A DNA stretch of 64,000 bases. It comes from a virus. The stretch lies in the IMG/VR virus record IMGVR_UViG_3300021977_000001. One strand, given 5' to 3'. The position numbers were made by a program, and so were the translations under genes. Shown here in pieces: positions 18,268 to 29,326 of this stretch; position 1 is the first letter of the stretch, and the number at the start of each line of letters is the position of its first letter. The notes under the pieces were generated by a model, which saw only the letters and a program-made list of their open reading frames with translations, did no database searches and was not told where the DNA came from.

Positions 18268-19305
18268 TTAGGCTTGTTGACGTTCCAGCGCGCTACGTAG
18301 ATAGTCGTTTGTACGCTGGTATTCAAGCAGAGCTTCGTAGGGTTTTAGATGAAAACGCAAAGCATTAAACATCTCGTAATCCTGCGCGAATAGAGCCTTC
18401 TGATCGATGTCTTCTGCAAACGTGTAATGGCTACAAAGTTTCTTAATCGCATTCTTTATCTGACGTGATGTGAGGAATGTTTTCTCTTTAGCACGTGTCA
18501 TGATAGCGACTTTAGCATCCTTGTCCATACACTGGCTCTTATAGCTAATGAGCTGATATGGGTCCATGTCATCTAATGCTTTAAAACGGCGAAGGAAGAA
18601 ATATAACGACGCGGTGTATGGTGTCGCTGAGGTGGCTATAGTAGCAAGTTCACGCAGCACGCTAACGTTATCGGGGAGTTTACCTTCTTGAATAAAGTCA
18701 AGTTCTTCTTTTGCTAGACTAAGACCCTGCTTACCTATAGGTTCTTTAGTGTATTCACATTTAAGACTAGATACCGTGTGAAACATGGTCAGTATCTGAT
18801 TAAGGTCTAAAGCTGGCGTTACCTTAATAGTGGTCTCTACTTCACCGAATGGCGTAAGTATTTCGTCTGTAAAACGATTAGACGGCTGTACGTGTGAAAT
18901 GACTGTTGTAAGTGCAGGAATTTGGTCTAATTCAAAATAAGGGGTTTGAACATCCATACGTACCTGATCATTGTATTCTTTATCAGCAATGACAAGCATC
19001 TTGGGGATGTCTAACCAACTAGGTAGACGAAGATACCACTTAGTTTTATGGACTTCTGCAAGATGCGTTAAAATACGGTCTGAGTTAATTCTAAGGTCTT
19101 TTAGGTGACGGTCAAAGAACATCTTATCCATAACCAGACACTGGTCGATGTCGCTCATGCTAGGGTCTTCCATAATGCCCATCTCCTGGCGCATCAACAC
19201 TAGCAATCTAAGATGAGGTTTGTAAATGGCCTCACGCTTACAAATATCAATGGTGTCTTCACGGTTGCGATCAATAGTGACGCGTACTTCATTAAGTAAA
19301 CTCAT
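18268..19305 (-). CDS. Hypothetical protein downstream of terminase
   Basis: 345-aa ORF co-oriented with the terminase gene. Confidence 0.75.
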   Translation of the reverse strand: MSLLNEVRVTIDRNREDTIDICKREAIYKPHLRLLVLMRQEMGIMEDPSMSDIDQCLVMDKMFFDRHLKDLRINSDRILTHLAEVHKTKWYLRLPSWLDIPKMLVIADKEYNDQVRMDVQTPYFELDQIPALTTVISHVQPSNRFTDEILTPFGEVETTIKVTPALDLNQILTMFHTVSSLKCEYTKEPIGKQGLSLAKEELDFIQEGKLPDNVSVLRELATIATSATPYTASLYFFLRRFKALDDMDPYQLISYKSQCMDKDAKVAIMTRAKEKTFLTSRQIKNAIKKLCSHYTFAEDIDQKALFAQDYEMFNALRFHLKPYEALLEYQRTNDYLRSALERQQA

Positions 19306-19346
19306 GGTCTTCCTTATTGTTTAATTTGATAAAAGGTTGATAAGAC

Positions 19347-21491
19347 CTACCAAAATGATAGGTCTTGTGATAGTCGTGTATTCTTAGTTTGAGAACGTTT
19401 AGCTTTCTTACGGTCATTAGCTTGTTTAATTAACGCATCAAAACTCAATATATTACCCCCGTCAGATTTAGTCTTATACGTTAGTTGTTTAAGCTCTGCC
19501 TCTAACTTAGCTAACTTAAAACCTGACTGTGTTGTGGTGATCTCTTCAAGCACAGTGTCTATACGTTCTCTGGTCCGTGTATTCTTTTCCTTAATAGCCT
19601 GACTGTGGGATATGTTCTCTGTATCCTCACCTACCAACATCATGCATTGACCTGGGTCGATACCATAGAAGTCTAAATGATTCCCATAAGTAATAAACCA
19701 CGATGCTAACAGCCATGCTATCACCAAATCATCATTACCTGATGCTTCGTGATCAATGCGACCATTCTTTTCTACAAGCCCACGTAGCTGTGTAGACAGC
19801 GTGGTATCTTTAACCAGGTGGCCTGAGTTAGTAGCCGCGTTCTGTAGTACGTTACCGTAAAGCAGTGCGCGTGATTGAGCATTGGTAGCAAAGCCGAAAT
19901 CAGTCTTGTGACTTATGTAAAACGACTCATCACGATAACGAGCATCTTTTATAATGCGGTCGTAGTCTGTTTTACGCTCATGACGGTTTTGGACAATGGT
20001 GTTATAAAGACGCTTAAAGGGATCAATACCGACAGAGGGCAGTTCAATCATTAGCGCGTCTATAATCACCACCCCTGTACTCTTACGTTCTATGACCAAC
20101 GTTACATTTTCATAGGCGATAAGAAAAGAACCTACCCATTTACAAAAACGAATAATGTTAGCTTCATTAACATCCATGGCGGCAACAACTGATAAATCAC
20201 GTACGTCCATAAGTAACATGGTAATGGCATCTCGACCTACACCTTCTGATGTATCCATGCCAGCCACATACCGACCTGTCGCCATGCGTTGGTTAATCTG
20301 ATATTCAGGCACGTACCATCGTATCATGTACCCTTCATCAGTAACTTCAGTGTGGTCAGGTTCTCTTTCAGATTCAAATATGGTATTGTTCTGTTTAGTC
20401 GTAAGTGGTGAACGCTGCGTACCACTAGTCCAACGATTAAAGAAGTCACGATCAGCTTCTTCACCTTTAGCATTGGCGTTAGAGATAGCGCGATATAACC
20501 AATCGTCACTTTTACCTAACTGTCTGTGTGAGAACGTTCCGTTGACCAATATCTTGTGGTTAGTGCAGTTCATTCTCACTAAGCGGTGGAACTCTTTGAT
20601 GTTAACCGCATCTAAGAATACTTCATTCCACACCGCACCACCAGAAATCATGTCGTACATGTACTTGCCGTCACGGTCATCTTTCTTACCTGCAGTGGTT
20701 GTAAAGATGTTTCCATAAGGCTGGTTATTGCGTTCTGCTTCTTCCCGCGCTGCTGTACCGGCCGCTAGGGCAGCTGGAATTAGAGAGCCAATAAAACGAA
20801 TAAACGGACCCTCATCGATTTGGGTGATAGGTGCGGTAGTACCACGACCCACGTTGATAGCAGCGGCTTCAGAGGACTGGGCAACAGCGGTACTGTACGT
20901 GTTGTCTAATGTGTTATACGTTAAAAGATGTTGGTTATTAGCATCCGTCTTATCTTTTACAATCAAATAAGGTGGGAGCAGGTCACGTATACGTTTAAGA
21001 CGCTCAACGTTAGCTGAGCGTAAGTTAGCATCCTTAGTTATCATGTTGATACGCGATGATAACATAGCAAGATATATTAGGTTAGTCATCAAACAGTCAG
21101 TTGATACCGACTTACCCGTCTGACGAGGTTGAATCAGTGCAAAGTCGATATGATTAAAGAAGCACCACGTTAGCGCTATGTTACCTCGATTTGCAATATA
21201 GGGTACAGGGGTATTACCTGATTGAGGTGGTATGCGTACGACTTCTCTTAGAAAGTACCATGGGTTATATTTACACTCCATGGTAATCATGACTTTCTGT
21301 TCTTGCGTCAATTCGGTGGAGAAGGGGTCTACACCTTGTAACTCTGGTTGGAGTAACGTTAGATGGAATACATTGTTCTCAATGCCCATCTTTTTATAAA
21401 CAGATGCTAATCTTAAAAAAGACTCATTAGTCGTTTGAAGATCCACGATGCTGTTTTTATATTTCTTATAATCGGATATAAAGTTAATCAT
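19347..21491 (-). CDS. terL: Terminase large subunit
   Basis: Walker A QPRQTGKS, Walker B ITQIDEGPF, nuclease motifs YVAGMDTSEG and GNDDLVIAW; 714 aa. Confidence 0.95.
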   Translation of the reverse strand: MINFISDYKKYKNSIVDLQTTNESFLRLASVYKKMGIENNVFHLTLLQPELQGVDPFSTELTQEQKVMITMECKYNPWYFLREVVRIPPQSGNTPVPYIANRGNIALTWCFFNHIDFALIQPRQTGKSVSTDCLMTNLIYLAMLSSRINMITKDANLRSANVERLKRIRDLLPPYLIVKDKTDANNQHLLTYNTLDNTYSTAVAQSSEAAAINVGRGTTAPITQIDEGPFIRFIGSLIPAALAAGTAAREEAERNNQPYGNIFTTTAGKKDDRDGKYMYDMISGGAVWNEVFLDAVNIKEFHRLVRMNCTNHKILVNGTFSHRQLGKSDDWLYRAISNANAKGEEADRDFFNRWTSGTQRSPLTTKQNNTIFESEREPDHTEVTDEGYMIRWYVPEYQINQRMATGRYVAGMDTSEGVGRDAITMLLMDVRDLSVVAAMDVNEANIIRFCKWVGSFLIAYENVTLVIERKSTGVVIIDALMIELPSVGIDPFKRLYNTIVQNRHERKTDYDRIIKDARYRDESFYISHKTDFGFATNAQSRALLYGNVLQNAATNSGHLVKDTTLSTQLRGLVEKNGRIDHEASGNDDLVIAWLLASWFITYGNHLDFYGIDPGQCMMLVGEDTENISHSQAIKEKNTRTRERIDTVLEEITTTQSGFKLAKLEAELKQLTYKTKSDGGNILSFDALIKQANDRKKAKRSQTKNTRLSQDLSFW

Positions 21492-21608
21492 GGCTTTAGA
21501 TACATATTAAAAGGATTAGTCATATGGGTTACTGGTAAGTGTCTATTACAACATGTATAGGCGAATAATCTATGACCATAATACCACATACTTACGGAAG
21601 AAAGCATT

Positions 21609-22655
21609 ATGTTAGAGACTCAAGCTGCACGCGAGATGGTTCTATTAGACCTTACGTTAGAGGCGGTAGATAACGACCTTCAATCATTATTTAACATAGG
21701 TATTCAACTTGAGCAGATAGCGACATTATGCAGTGAGCATGATGATTGGGATTCGCCCGTTGCTAAGGTTGCCGTTGAACACCACATAGATACTTTAGGT
21801 ATTGCCGCGTATGGCGCGTCATTAGAAGATAAAGTCGAAGACACTGTGCTTCGTATCGTTAGAGCAATTAGAGCCGTATTTAAACGCGCTTACGAGATAT
21901 TGCTTCGCTGGGTAGATGTTGTTGTAGAACGTTTAAAAACTATACGTGATAGGATACGTGAAGATTTTAAAGACCTTAAGAATAAAGAGGTCGTTGAAGT
22001 CACTATCCCGCCAGGTACTCAACTTACCGCGCTAGCGATAGGCGACTCAGTAGATCTTGATAAAGTTGTCAAACGCTTACAGACACTAGTAGGCCCGCTA
22101 CCTACTATTAAAACATCAAGTGAAAAGATCATCTATAAGTTCAATAAAGTTAAACGCATGGGTGATGTTAATCAAGTCACTAAGTTATCTGATGAACTAA
22201 TGGATTACATCCTCAAGCATTATAAACTTGAAGGTAAGAAAGACGTTCATACTTCAAAAGACGTCTACCCCGGCAATCGACAAATCGTCATGGATCTTAC
22301 CCACCATGTCCCTAACTTTGCTATGTTGCAGACTGAAGGCGTTGAGGTTAAAGAGCAAGCATTTAAAGCAAAAGACATTGCAGACGCTTTAGATCTTCTA
22401 GATCTAGAGAATGTATTAAAGATGACTGAAGATGTTAAAAGCTTTGCAGGAGAGGTAGACAAAGTAATGAACACTGAGTTTGACCTGATGGGTGGCAATC
22501 GAGACGTAACTAACGAGATGTTAAAACTAGCAGCACCTATCTCAGCCATGCTTCAAAAGCCACCACGAACGATAATAAGTTATTTTACTACTACAGTAGC
22601 GCATTTAGAATCGTTACTAGAGACTGTAGTGAAGAACACACCCGATAAGCAGTAG
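21609..22655 (+). CDS. Internal head (ejection/inner-body) paralog-family protein with propeptide
   Basis: Acidic N-terminus ending at a protease-type site ASLE|D, then an amphipathic helix DTVLRIVRAIRAVFKR. Shares SKDVYPGN with its neighbour. Confidence 0.65.
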   Translation: MLETQAAREMVLLDLTLEAVDNDLQSLFNIGIQLEQIATLCSEHDDWDSPVAKVAVEHHIDTLGIAAYGASLEDKVEDTVLRIVRAIRAVFKRAYEILLRWVDVVVERLKTIRDRIREDFKDLKNKEVVEVTIPPGTQLTALAIGDSVDLDKVVKRLQTLVGPLPTIKTSSEKIIYKFNKVKRMGDVNQVTKLSDELMDYILKHYKLEGKKDVHTSKDVYPGNRQIVMDLTHHVPNFAMLQTEGVEVKEQAFKAKDIADALDLLDLENVLKMTEDVKSFAGEVDKVMNTEFDLMGGNRDVTNEMLKLAAPISAMLQKPPRTIISYFTTTVAHLESLLETVVKNTPDKQ

Positions 22656-22664
22656 GAGTAAAAC

Positions 22665-23798
22665 ATGTCTGCACGAATACATCGATTGTTAAATAACAAT
22701 CAAACCCCTGTTCCAAGTTTAGAAACATTAATGTCTCAAGATGAAATTGATGAGATTAATGACCAGATTACTAGCGTAGAGTTTGAACAGTATTTTGAAG
22801 ATGCTGATGCGTTAGTTAACATCGCTAAAGGACTAGAAGCTATACGTAATGCTTGCAATAGCGATGCAGATTATCAACAACCTATTACCAAGGCAGCGCT
22901 AGAAGGGTTTAGCACTACGCTAGGCATAGACCCACTCTACGTCTCTACAGAAGACGCTGTTGTAGACACCATTAAACGCATCTACCGGGCCGTTAAAGAA
23001 GCAATAGAAAAAGCACTGGCTATCGTGGTACTTTGGGTTCTTAAGTTTGCTTCACGTTCAGATAAAATTAAAGATCGTGTCCAAGCTCGTCTTAAACGTT
23101 TACGCGGCTTAACGGAAGATAAGACGGTTAAAGTTGAAGTGGAAGATAATCTAGATCAGTTAGCTGTTAAGAAACAGGTAGATCTAGCTATGGTTGTAGA
23201 TACTAGTGCTGTGATGGTAGGGTTATTAGATGCACTAAGTCATGAAGCTGAGCTGTTATCTAAGAAATTCATTGACGGTAGCGACGCTAAGAGTATCATT
23301 GAAATAGAAGAAGCGTTAGATAAAATAGGTGAAGATGTCATTTCAAAGTTTATCGACATCAAAGAGACCGATGACGGCTATGTATCAAAAGACGTACTTC
23401 CAGGTAACGTAAGGCTTGTTTTTAATTTTAAATCAACTTCACCTGTATTTATGTTTAGAAAAGAAGACAACTATGATGATATCTCTTTACTAACTACATT
23501 AGAAGAAGTCATTGAGGCAATGGAGATAGTGGGTAGTAAATCTACATTTGCTAATCTATCACGCCATTTAACCGATGCTAAAGAAAGCGGTGTGACTAAA
23601 GCATTAGATAATCGTGTAAGTAAATTTAAAACAGGTTCCAATGAATCTGCATACGTTAAAAGTTACCTAGCGTTAGCTGGACGTATTAATGCATTGTCTA
23701 CACTCCCACACATCCGTATATCGCAATACGTGTCTACCCTAGCAGACCATATAGAACGACTTGCTGGGACAGTAGAAACAGCAGTAAAACAGAAATAA
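22665..23798 (+). CDS. Internal head paralog-family protein with propeptide
   Basis: Sites PSLE, ALE and VSTE|D, then DTIKRIYRAVKEAIEK; SKDVLPGN motif. Confidence 0.65.
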   Translation: MSARIHRLLNNNQTPVPSLETLMSQDEIDEINDQITSVEFEQYFEDADALVNIAKGLEAIRNACNSDADYQQPITKAALEGFSTTLGIDPLYVSTEDAVVDTIKRIYRAVKEAIEKALAIVVLWVLKFASRSDKIKDRVQARLKRLRGLTEDKTVKVEVEDNLDQLAVKKQVDLAMVVDTSAVMVGLLDALSHEAELLSKKFIDGSDAKSIIEIEEALDKIGEDVISKFIDIKETDDGYVSKDVLPGNVRLVFNFKSTSPVFMFRKEDNYDDISLLTTLEEVIEAMEIVGSKSTFANLSRHLTDAKESGVTKALDNRVSKFKTGSNESAYVKSYLALAGRINALSTLPHIRISQYVSTLADHIERLAGTVETAVKQK

Positions 23799-23850
23799 CG
23801 GCATAAGCTAACCACCCGGCCTCGCGGCTAGGTGGTTAGGCTTTATGACG
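23798..23850. terminator. Bidirectional terminator with ACGGCATA / TTTATGACG flanks
   Basis: CTAACCACC...GGTGGTTAG stem between convergent genes. Confidence 0.75.
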
Positions 23851-25545
23851 TTAACCTACATCGTTGTCTTCGTCATTGACGATGTTTAAACTACTGATCC
23901 CTAGCTGCAGATCGTTAGTTGGTGTTTGTCTAATCCATTTAAGGGTTAGGACGCAGTTTTCATTAGGTTCAAAATCGACCTGAATAGGACTGCGGTAATC
24001 TTCAAGTGGAATGAGAAACTCCTCATCATCGATGGTAAACAAGAAATGATTAGGTGTAGGGGCTTCAGGCTCAGCGTCACGAATAACTAAAGGATCGATA
24101 TCACGGTACATCTTCTGTAGCCATTTGTGAGTATCTATCTCACCCTGAGAAATATCAATGTTCCATTTAGTTGGATCATCGCCATCTCGACACGTATGGG
24201 CAAATAAACCCACCCCGTATACCAAGTCGCCATCATTGTTATAATCGATGAGATAAGGCGCATCGGTAGTATGTGGTCGACCCAGTAGTGTAATGCTAAA
24301 GCTTTGTACGTGGCGGTAACTTTGATAAGTACTATCCACGTCTTTAAGCTGCAGGACAACCACTAGCTTTTGCTTGGTACCGTATAACGTTGGATTGAAT
24401 GACGATGTTTGTGTGGCATCCGATTCAACATACTGCGTGACATTAATAGCAATGTCGCGCTCCATCGAATACAGGTAATACTCTAAAGTATAACCCACTG
24501 AGTCACTAATCCACTTAGGTACGACAAAGAGTTTTACATTGTAACGTAAATCTTCATCTGTAGTAATAGCCTTATACGGTATCGAAATAGCACCATTTTT
24601 AAAAGACTGCGAGAAAGTGGTCTCGTTAACATCTAAACGGTACGATAACACTAAAGGTACCGACTGACCTACTACTGAAGGAACATAGTTCTCAATGCCA
24701 AACAAACGCATACGGGTTTGATTGTTAATCGGGTAACGTACCTTCTTACCGTTGTTATACTTTACCACCCCTATTAGGTTCATTGAGTTTAAGGGTAGAT
24801 TGTGTGGGTAATGGAGTACGTTATCTTGCGTTTTAGATAGGAATGGCGATTCAATGTAGACATCGACAATGTGCTCTGTAGCAGCGGCCGATGCTTTTAC
24901 AAACGAGGTATTCTTACCTAGTAGTCTAGACACCGCACCTACCGACCCGTTTTGATTATACGCTACCATGGTGAGCACTTCACCATCAGTAATTGGTAAT
25001 TTAGATGACGCAGTAACGGGCTGTTTAATAGCCGGGTTGTTGTCTTCTGACGGTACTACTTCAACGACATCTAAGTTATCGCTAATTAACACGCCATTTT
25101 GATCATAGCGTGCAGAGATAACAACACCTGTATCTTCATCGATGTCGTCGCCTTTAAAGATCTTGACATGAGAGATATTAGAACCGTAGATGTGAAGTCT
25201 TGTATCAAAAGACATCACGTGCGGACTAACTGAGCTATCCACATAAACACGATAATATTCTGTAATAGAGCCAGGCGCAAGCCCTAGAACAATATCTCTA
25301 TCCTGAATGCCGGTTTCTGTAGGTACTCGCCAAATCTCAAGACGACTTTCACCCGTCTCTAGATTGATGTAAGTAACACGCATAATACCGCGCGTCCAAT
25401 CCACTACCATATCGTCTACATTAGGGACATGGTTATTAACACCGTCGGTGTCTTCTTGGCCAACTTGATAGATCTCATTGATGTTCCATATGCGGAAACC
25501 TCTATTAAGATCTACATTGAAGACCGGGGCTGATTCATTTAACAT
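23851..25545 (-). CDS. Virion structural/baseplate protein (phiKZ gp26-like)
   Basis: 564 aa, beta-rich, in the conserved terminase-to-sheath block. Confidence 0.6.
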   Translation of the reverse strand: MLNESAPVFNVDLNRGFRIWNINEIYQVGQEDTDGVNNHVPNVDDMVVDWTRGIMRVTYINLETGESRLEIWRVPTETGIQDRDIVLGLAPGSITEYYRVYVDSSVSPHVMSFDTRLHIYGSNISHVKIFKGDDIDEDTGVVISARYDQNGVLISDNLDVVEVVPSEDNNPAIKQPVTASSKLPITDGEVLTMVAYNQNGSVGAVSRLLGKNTSFVKASAAATEHIVDVYIESPFLSKTQDNVLHYPHNLPLNSMNLIGVVKYNNGKKVRYPINNQTRMRLFGIENYVPSVVGQSVPLVLSYRLDVNETTFSQSFKNGAISIPYKAITTDEDLRYNVKLFVVPKWISDSVGYTLEYYLYSMERDIAINVTQYVESDATQTSSFNPTLYGTKQKLVVVLQLKDVDSTYQSYRHVQSFSITLLGRPHTTDAPYLIDYNNDGDLVYGVGLFAHTCRDGDDPTKWNIDISQGEIDTHKWLQKMYRDIDPLVIRDAEPEAPTPNHFLFTIDDEEFLIPLEDYRSPIQVDFEPNENCVLTLKWIRQTPTNDLQLGISSLNIVNDEDNDVG

Positions 25546-25549
25546 TTCG

Positions 25550-28147
25550 TTAAGCTCCTACACAGACAAATTGCGTTAAATCAACTCGTCCATTTAAATA
25601 TTTGCGAGAAATACGATCAAGTACCGAATACTCTGCAATTGACAACGATACTGTTTCACGGTAACAATGTGGATGGATACTGACTAGGTCTTTAGCAAGA
25701 TTCAGTTGCGTTGGATCATACGGTAGATAAACAAGATACGGATGAACAATACCTTCAATATCTTTGTCTGTCATGCGTCCATCTAACGCTGTCAGACGCT
25801 TCTCAACCATGTCCATTATCATCGCGCTTAGAAGCGGACTATAGAGCACGTAGCGTTCAGAAACGGCAATAGGTGCAGATAACTGTGCCTCCGGTAACAG
25901 ATCAGATAACAAGTTAGACATCTGCGTATCGATGTCCTTAGCCGTCTGACGATTCACGTAGTCCTTATGGCCATACAACTCCCAGAGCGGTGGGTGTAGG
26001 TACTCTAGAATGTAGGGTGCACCTTCTCTAACGTTACTTATATCTACCGAATCATCGTCTTCAGCAAAACTTAATTCTTCTGGTAACTTTAAAGCACCGT
26101 TAGCAATAACACGATAAGTACGATCATCACGAATATCAAAACGATTGTTTCGTGATAGCTTACCATGTCTAACGTGACCTATTTCGTAATCCACATCTTC
26201 TTGCATTTGGTCATTTAAATGACCAGCAGCACGAACAGTGACCGTCTGCATACGACCTTCAATTACCCATGATTTGTTAGTAATAACGATAACATTATCA
26301 TCAGTAACGTGATAGTCAATTTTACGTATTAACGGATAACCGTTTAGCCACACGTCAACCTTACCCAAAGGCAATATAATAGGCTGATTCGATGTTAACT
26401 CGTCCTTAACATAATAAGTAGCCGTTAAAGGCACTGTAATCACACCGGCCGACACATTAAGCGGTAGTGTAAACCCAAGCCCTGCCGCGTCACTACGCAC
26501 TAGCGGGGTGGTCAGACGTGTATCGACTTTCCAGATAATTCTATTATCTTCGATAGCATAATACTCATCATCTCCAGTCACCTCAATCCACTCCCCATCA
26601 ACTTCAGACTCTTCCACGGCTGTTAATAGGTAGAAGCGGTAGTCTTTGTTTGGGTCGTAATCTACATACGTGTAGTTGACCGTTTGATCGATATACCGTG
26701 TCATGGTTCCTCTAACCGCTTCAACACGACGTGTCTCTTCGTGTCTTGGATAATACTCATTACCCTGAGCATGGTAGTAGAAACCTAACAACCTGCCATC
26801 TTCTGTGTATTCATATACGGTTGCATTTTCACGATAAAGAGGCGGCAAGTGGACCTCGGCGCTCCCGCCATCATCTACAGTGGCAAGTGGCGTGTTACCT
26901 AATGTTTTAACCAGCGCATTGTAGCCTAGTGTATCAATAACTAGATCAGTAAATACGCTAGAATCGACAACGCGCGGTACCTCACCAGGTACTTCTTTAT
27001 ACCGCATGATAGCAGGGTAAGATGACGCTTCTAAGTGCGCCGCGTCCCACACCCCTACGCTAGAGTTAACACCCGTTAGCACGTTAACAATAGCGTCATC
27101 ATCTAACTTGTACATCTCGTGAATGCGATTGTCTTCTAACACTAAAGGTCTATTGTATCCCGACTCTTTAATATAAAGACGAAGAATAGCGTTGTTTGTA
27201 TTTAACCACTCGCCGTGTTCGTTTAAGAACGCATCAACCAATGCGGTAGGGACACTATAATCATGGTGAGTTACCATGCGTATTGCTTGTTCAGTATTAA
27301 AGTGATAATAAACACCTTTAAATTTATCATCACGTACGTCACTTGGTACTAAGAGCACGATATCGATATCATCATGATAATCGATGCGGTTGTTATCGTT
27401 TTTAGGCGGGTGCAATAGATACTTGATGCTATTATCTAGCGTAGAGTTAAACGTAGGTAGATCTTTTATAACAAAATCTACAGTACGTGACACAGTGCTT
27501 TGATATGTCATCTCTAACACATCGCCTATCTCAACATCCGCTGGAGTAAGGTAGCCGTGCTCGTATCCGTTTTTCATTAAACGAACATGACCCACTTCTT
27601 GCTGATAGTTGTAAAAAGTATTAAGTATGTCTAAACGGATAGCAGGCGTATCAACGCTCCCACCCTTAGTTACAATAAAGGGCTGAGAATGGTTAGCGCT
27701 TCTATCAGAACTAATGTAGCTGTTATGATAAAAACGCATATAAAGGCACTGTTCCCCAAGCGGGGGTAGCTTTGCATGGGTTTTAATTGCCACAATAACA
27801 GTACGGTTAGCACTGACCATCATATAGGCAAGTGACTTTGCTAGCACGCGGCCATTTTGCGTATACAGTTCAATAAGTAAATTGTTATCGTTACTAACTG
27901 TTGCTAAATCCACCCACGATCGTAACGAAGTCTCTATACCAAACGTAGAAGGCGGTAGTTGACCTAGTTTGTATACGTGGTATGTATCGCTATCCGTGGG
28001 GAGTCGTTGGCTATCCCACGGTAGTTTTACTGTTTCTTTAACACCACGTTTATTAGTTAAACGGTGGGGTTGGAAGACAGATGGTGTATCCATATAAGGA
28101 TTGCACCACATGTGCTTGTATCCATAATCGGCTAAATAGGTTAACAC
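25550..28147 (-). CDS. Virion structural/baseplate protein (phiKZ gp27-like)
   Basis: 865 aa starting YGYKHMWCNP; conserved block position. Confidence 0.6.
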   Translation of the reverse strand: MLTYLADYGYKHMWCNPYMDTPSVFQPHRLTNKRGVKETVKLPWDSQRLPTDSDTYHVYKLGQLPPSTFGIETSLRSWVDLATVSNDNNLLIELYTQNGRVLAKSLAYMMVSANRTVIVAIKTHAKLPPLGEQCLYMRFYHNSYISSDRSANHSQPFIVTKGGSVDTPAIRLDILNTFYNYQQEVGHVRLMKNGYEHGYLTPADVEIGDVLEMTYQSTVSRTVDFVIKDLPTFNSTLDNSIKYLLHPPKNDNNRIDYHDDIDIVLLVPSDVRDDKFKGVYYHFNTEQAIRMVTHHDYSVPTALVDAFLNEHGEWLNTNNAILRLYIKESGYNRPLVLEDNRIHEMYKLDDDAIVNVLTGVNSSVGVWDAAHLEASSYPAIMRYKEVPGEVPRVVDSSVFTDLVIDTLGYNALVKTLGNTPLATVDDGGSAEVHLPPLYRENATVYEYTEDGRLLGFYYHAQGNEYYPRHEETRRVEAVRGTMTRYIDQTVNYTYVDYDPNKDYRFYLLTAVEESEVDGEWIEVTGDDEYYAIEDNRIIWKVDTRLTTPLVRSDAAGLGFTLPLNVSAGVITVPLTATYYVKDELTSNQPIILPLGKVDVWLNGYPLIRKIDYHVTDDNVIVITNKSWVIEGRMQTVTVRAAGHLNDQMQEDVDYEIGHVRHGKLSRNNRFDIRDDRTYRVIANGALKLPEELSFAEDDDSVDISNVREGAPYILEYLHPPLWELYGHKDYVNRQTAKDIDTQMSNLLSDLLPEAQLSAPIAVSERYVLYSPLLSAMIMDMVEKRLTALDGRMTDKDIEGIVHPYLVYLPYDPTQLNLAKDLVSIHPHCYRETVSLSIAEYSVLDRISRKYLNGRVDLTQFVCVGA

Positions 28148-28188
28148 GTGAGGTCGCTCCTGTTAATTTATAGATACAGGAACGCCAA

Positions 28189-29109
28189 TTAACGCGTTCC
28201 TTGAACCAATAGACTGATAGACTTAGTGTACGACTTAAGCCCGTCTTTGTCTTTGTATTGTTTATATAGCAGGTCTGCTAAAGTAGAACGTTTATAGGCA
28301 CTACTAAACGATGCAGCAAATACCATGAAATGCCATGTTGGTGCATGTTCTAGAGCTATGCCTACAACCTCTCTACTATGCGCTCCACGCCAGCCTGACG
28401 TGCCGGTAGCGAGTTGCAATATCATTGCCGGTGTTAGCAATTTAATACGAGATGAAGAGATACGTTCATGGGCTAGGTTTACAGTCTGTGCTAACGACCC
28501 TGTCATCATCCACTCGCCCCAAATTTCAAGTACTTTATCTACCGGAAGTCTTAATACTCGACCGATACGTGTTGCAACACGTCCTCGTTCTGAATCTGAA
28601 AGCTCATCGCCAATGAACCCATGCATCCCTACGTAGTGTAGTGCGAAAATGATTTGAAGTTCGATTTGTGAGGCTGGGTCTAAACCGATGTTAGCAGCAA
28701 TGCGGTTAGCTAGCCAGTTAACAAACACCCACATAGGCGCATCGCCAGCTAGATAAAGTTCTCGTGCATCACCATCTTCAAACATGGAGATCTCTAACAA
28801 CGCCCTGCCTAACAACGCCTCGTAGTCCATGGTATCTTTAATACCATAGTTATCTTTAGTGCCTTTTAGGAAAGGGCGGGTATCTACAGCAAATACAGTC
28901 TCATCGTCACGTGTAGATAACGTTACTGACATTGGGTGAGCAAATGCATCTACTTCTTTCACATCAGGAGTGAGTAGAAACAGTTTTGTATTGGGGTTAA
29001 TAAAGGAACGTGGAAGTTCATTTTTAACGATGGCTTCTTCTAACTGACGCTGTAGTTTATCGCGGCGATAGTTTCTAGTTACCATGGTATTATAACTTGA
29101 TCTGTACAT
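28189..29109 (-). CDS. Head structural protein (phiKZ gp28-like)
   Basis: 306 aa, divergent from the tail sheath gene; W-x-GAHSREVVGIALEHAPTW motif. Confidence 0.55.
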   Translation of the reverse strand: MYRSSYNTMVTRNYRRDKLQRQLEEAIVKNELPRSFINPNTKLFLLTPDVKEVDAFAHPMSVTLSTRDDETVFAVDTRPFLKGTKDNYGIKDTMDYEALLGRALLEISMFEDGDARELYLAGDAPMWVFVNWLANRIAANIGLDPASQIELQIIFALHYVGMHGFIGDELSDSERGRVATRIGRVLRLPVDKVLEIWGEWMMTGSLAQTVNLAHERISSSRIKLLTPAMILQLATGTSGWRGAHSREVVGIALEHAPTWHFMVFAASFSSAYKRSTLADLLYKQYKDKDGLKSYTKSISLLVQGTR

Positions 29110-29326
29110 GGACTTTCCTTATAGTTTGCAAGCTAGTCGCCTTATGCTATGGCGTTAATTATTTACATATGTCTATGATGCGTGATAGACGTTGACCGAT
29201 ACATAGAATTGGCATAGGTCTGATACTTGACATCGTACATGGCGTACTTAAACGCACACGAATTAATTTAGCTAAATTAGTTTTGAAATTTCATGCCTTA
29301 TAGTAAGGCGATTTAAGGAGTCGGAA

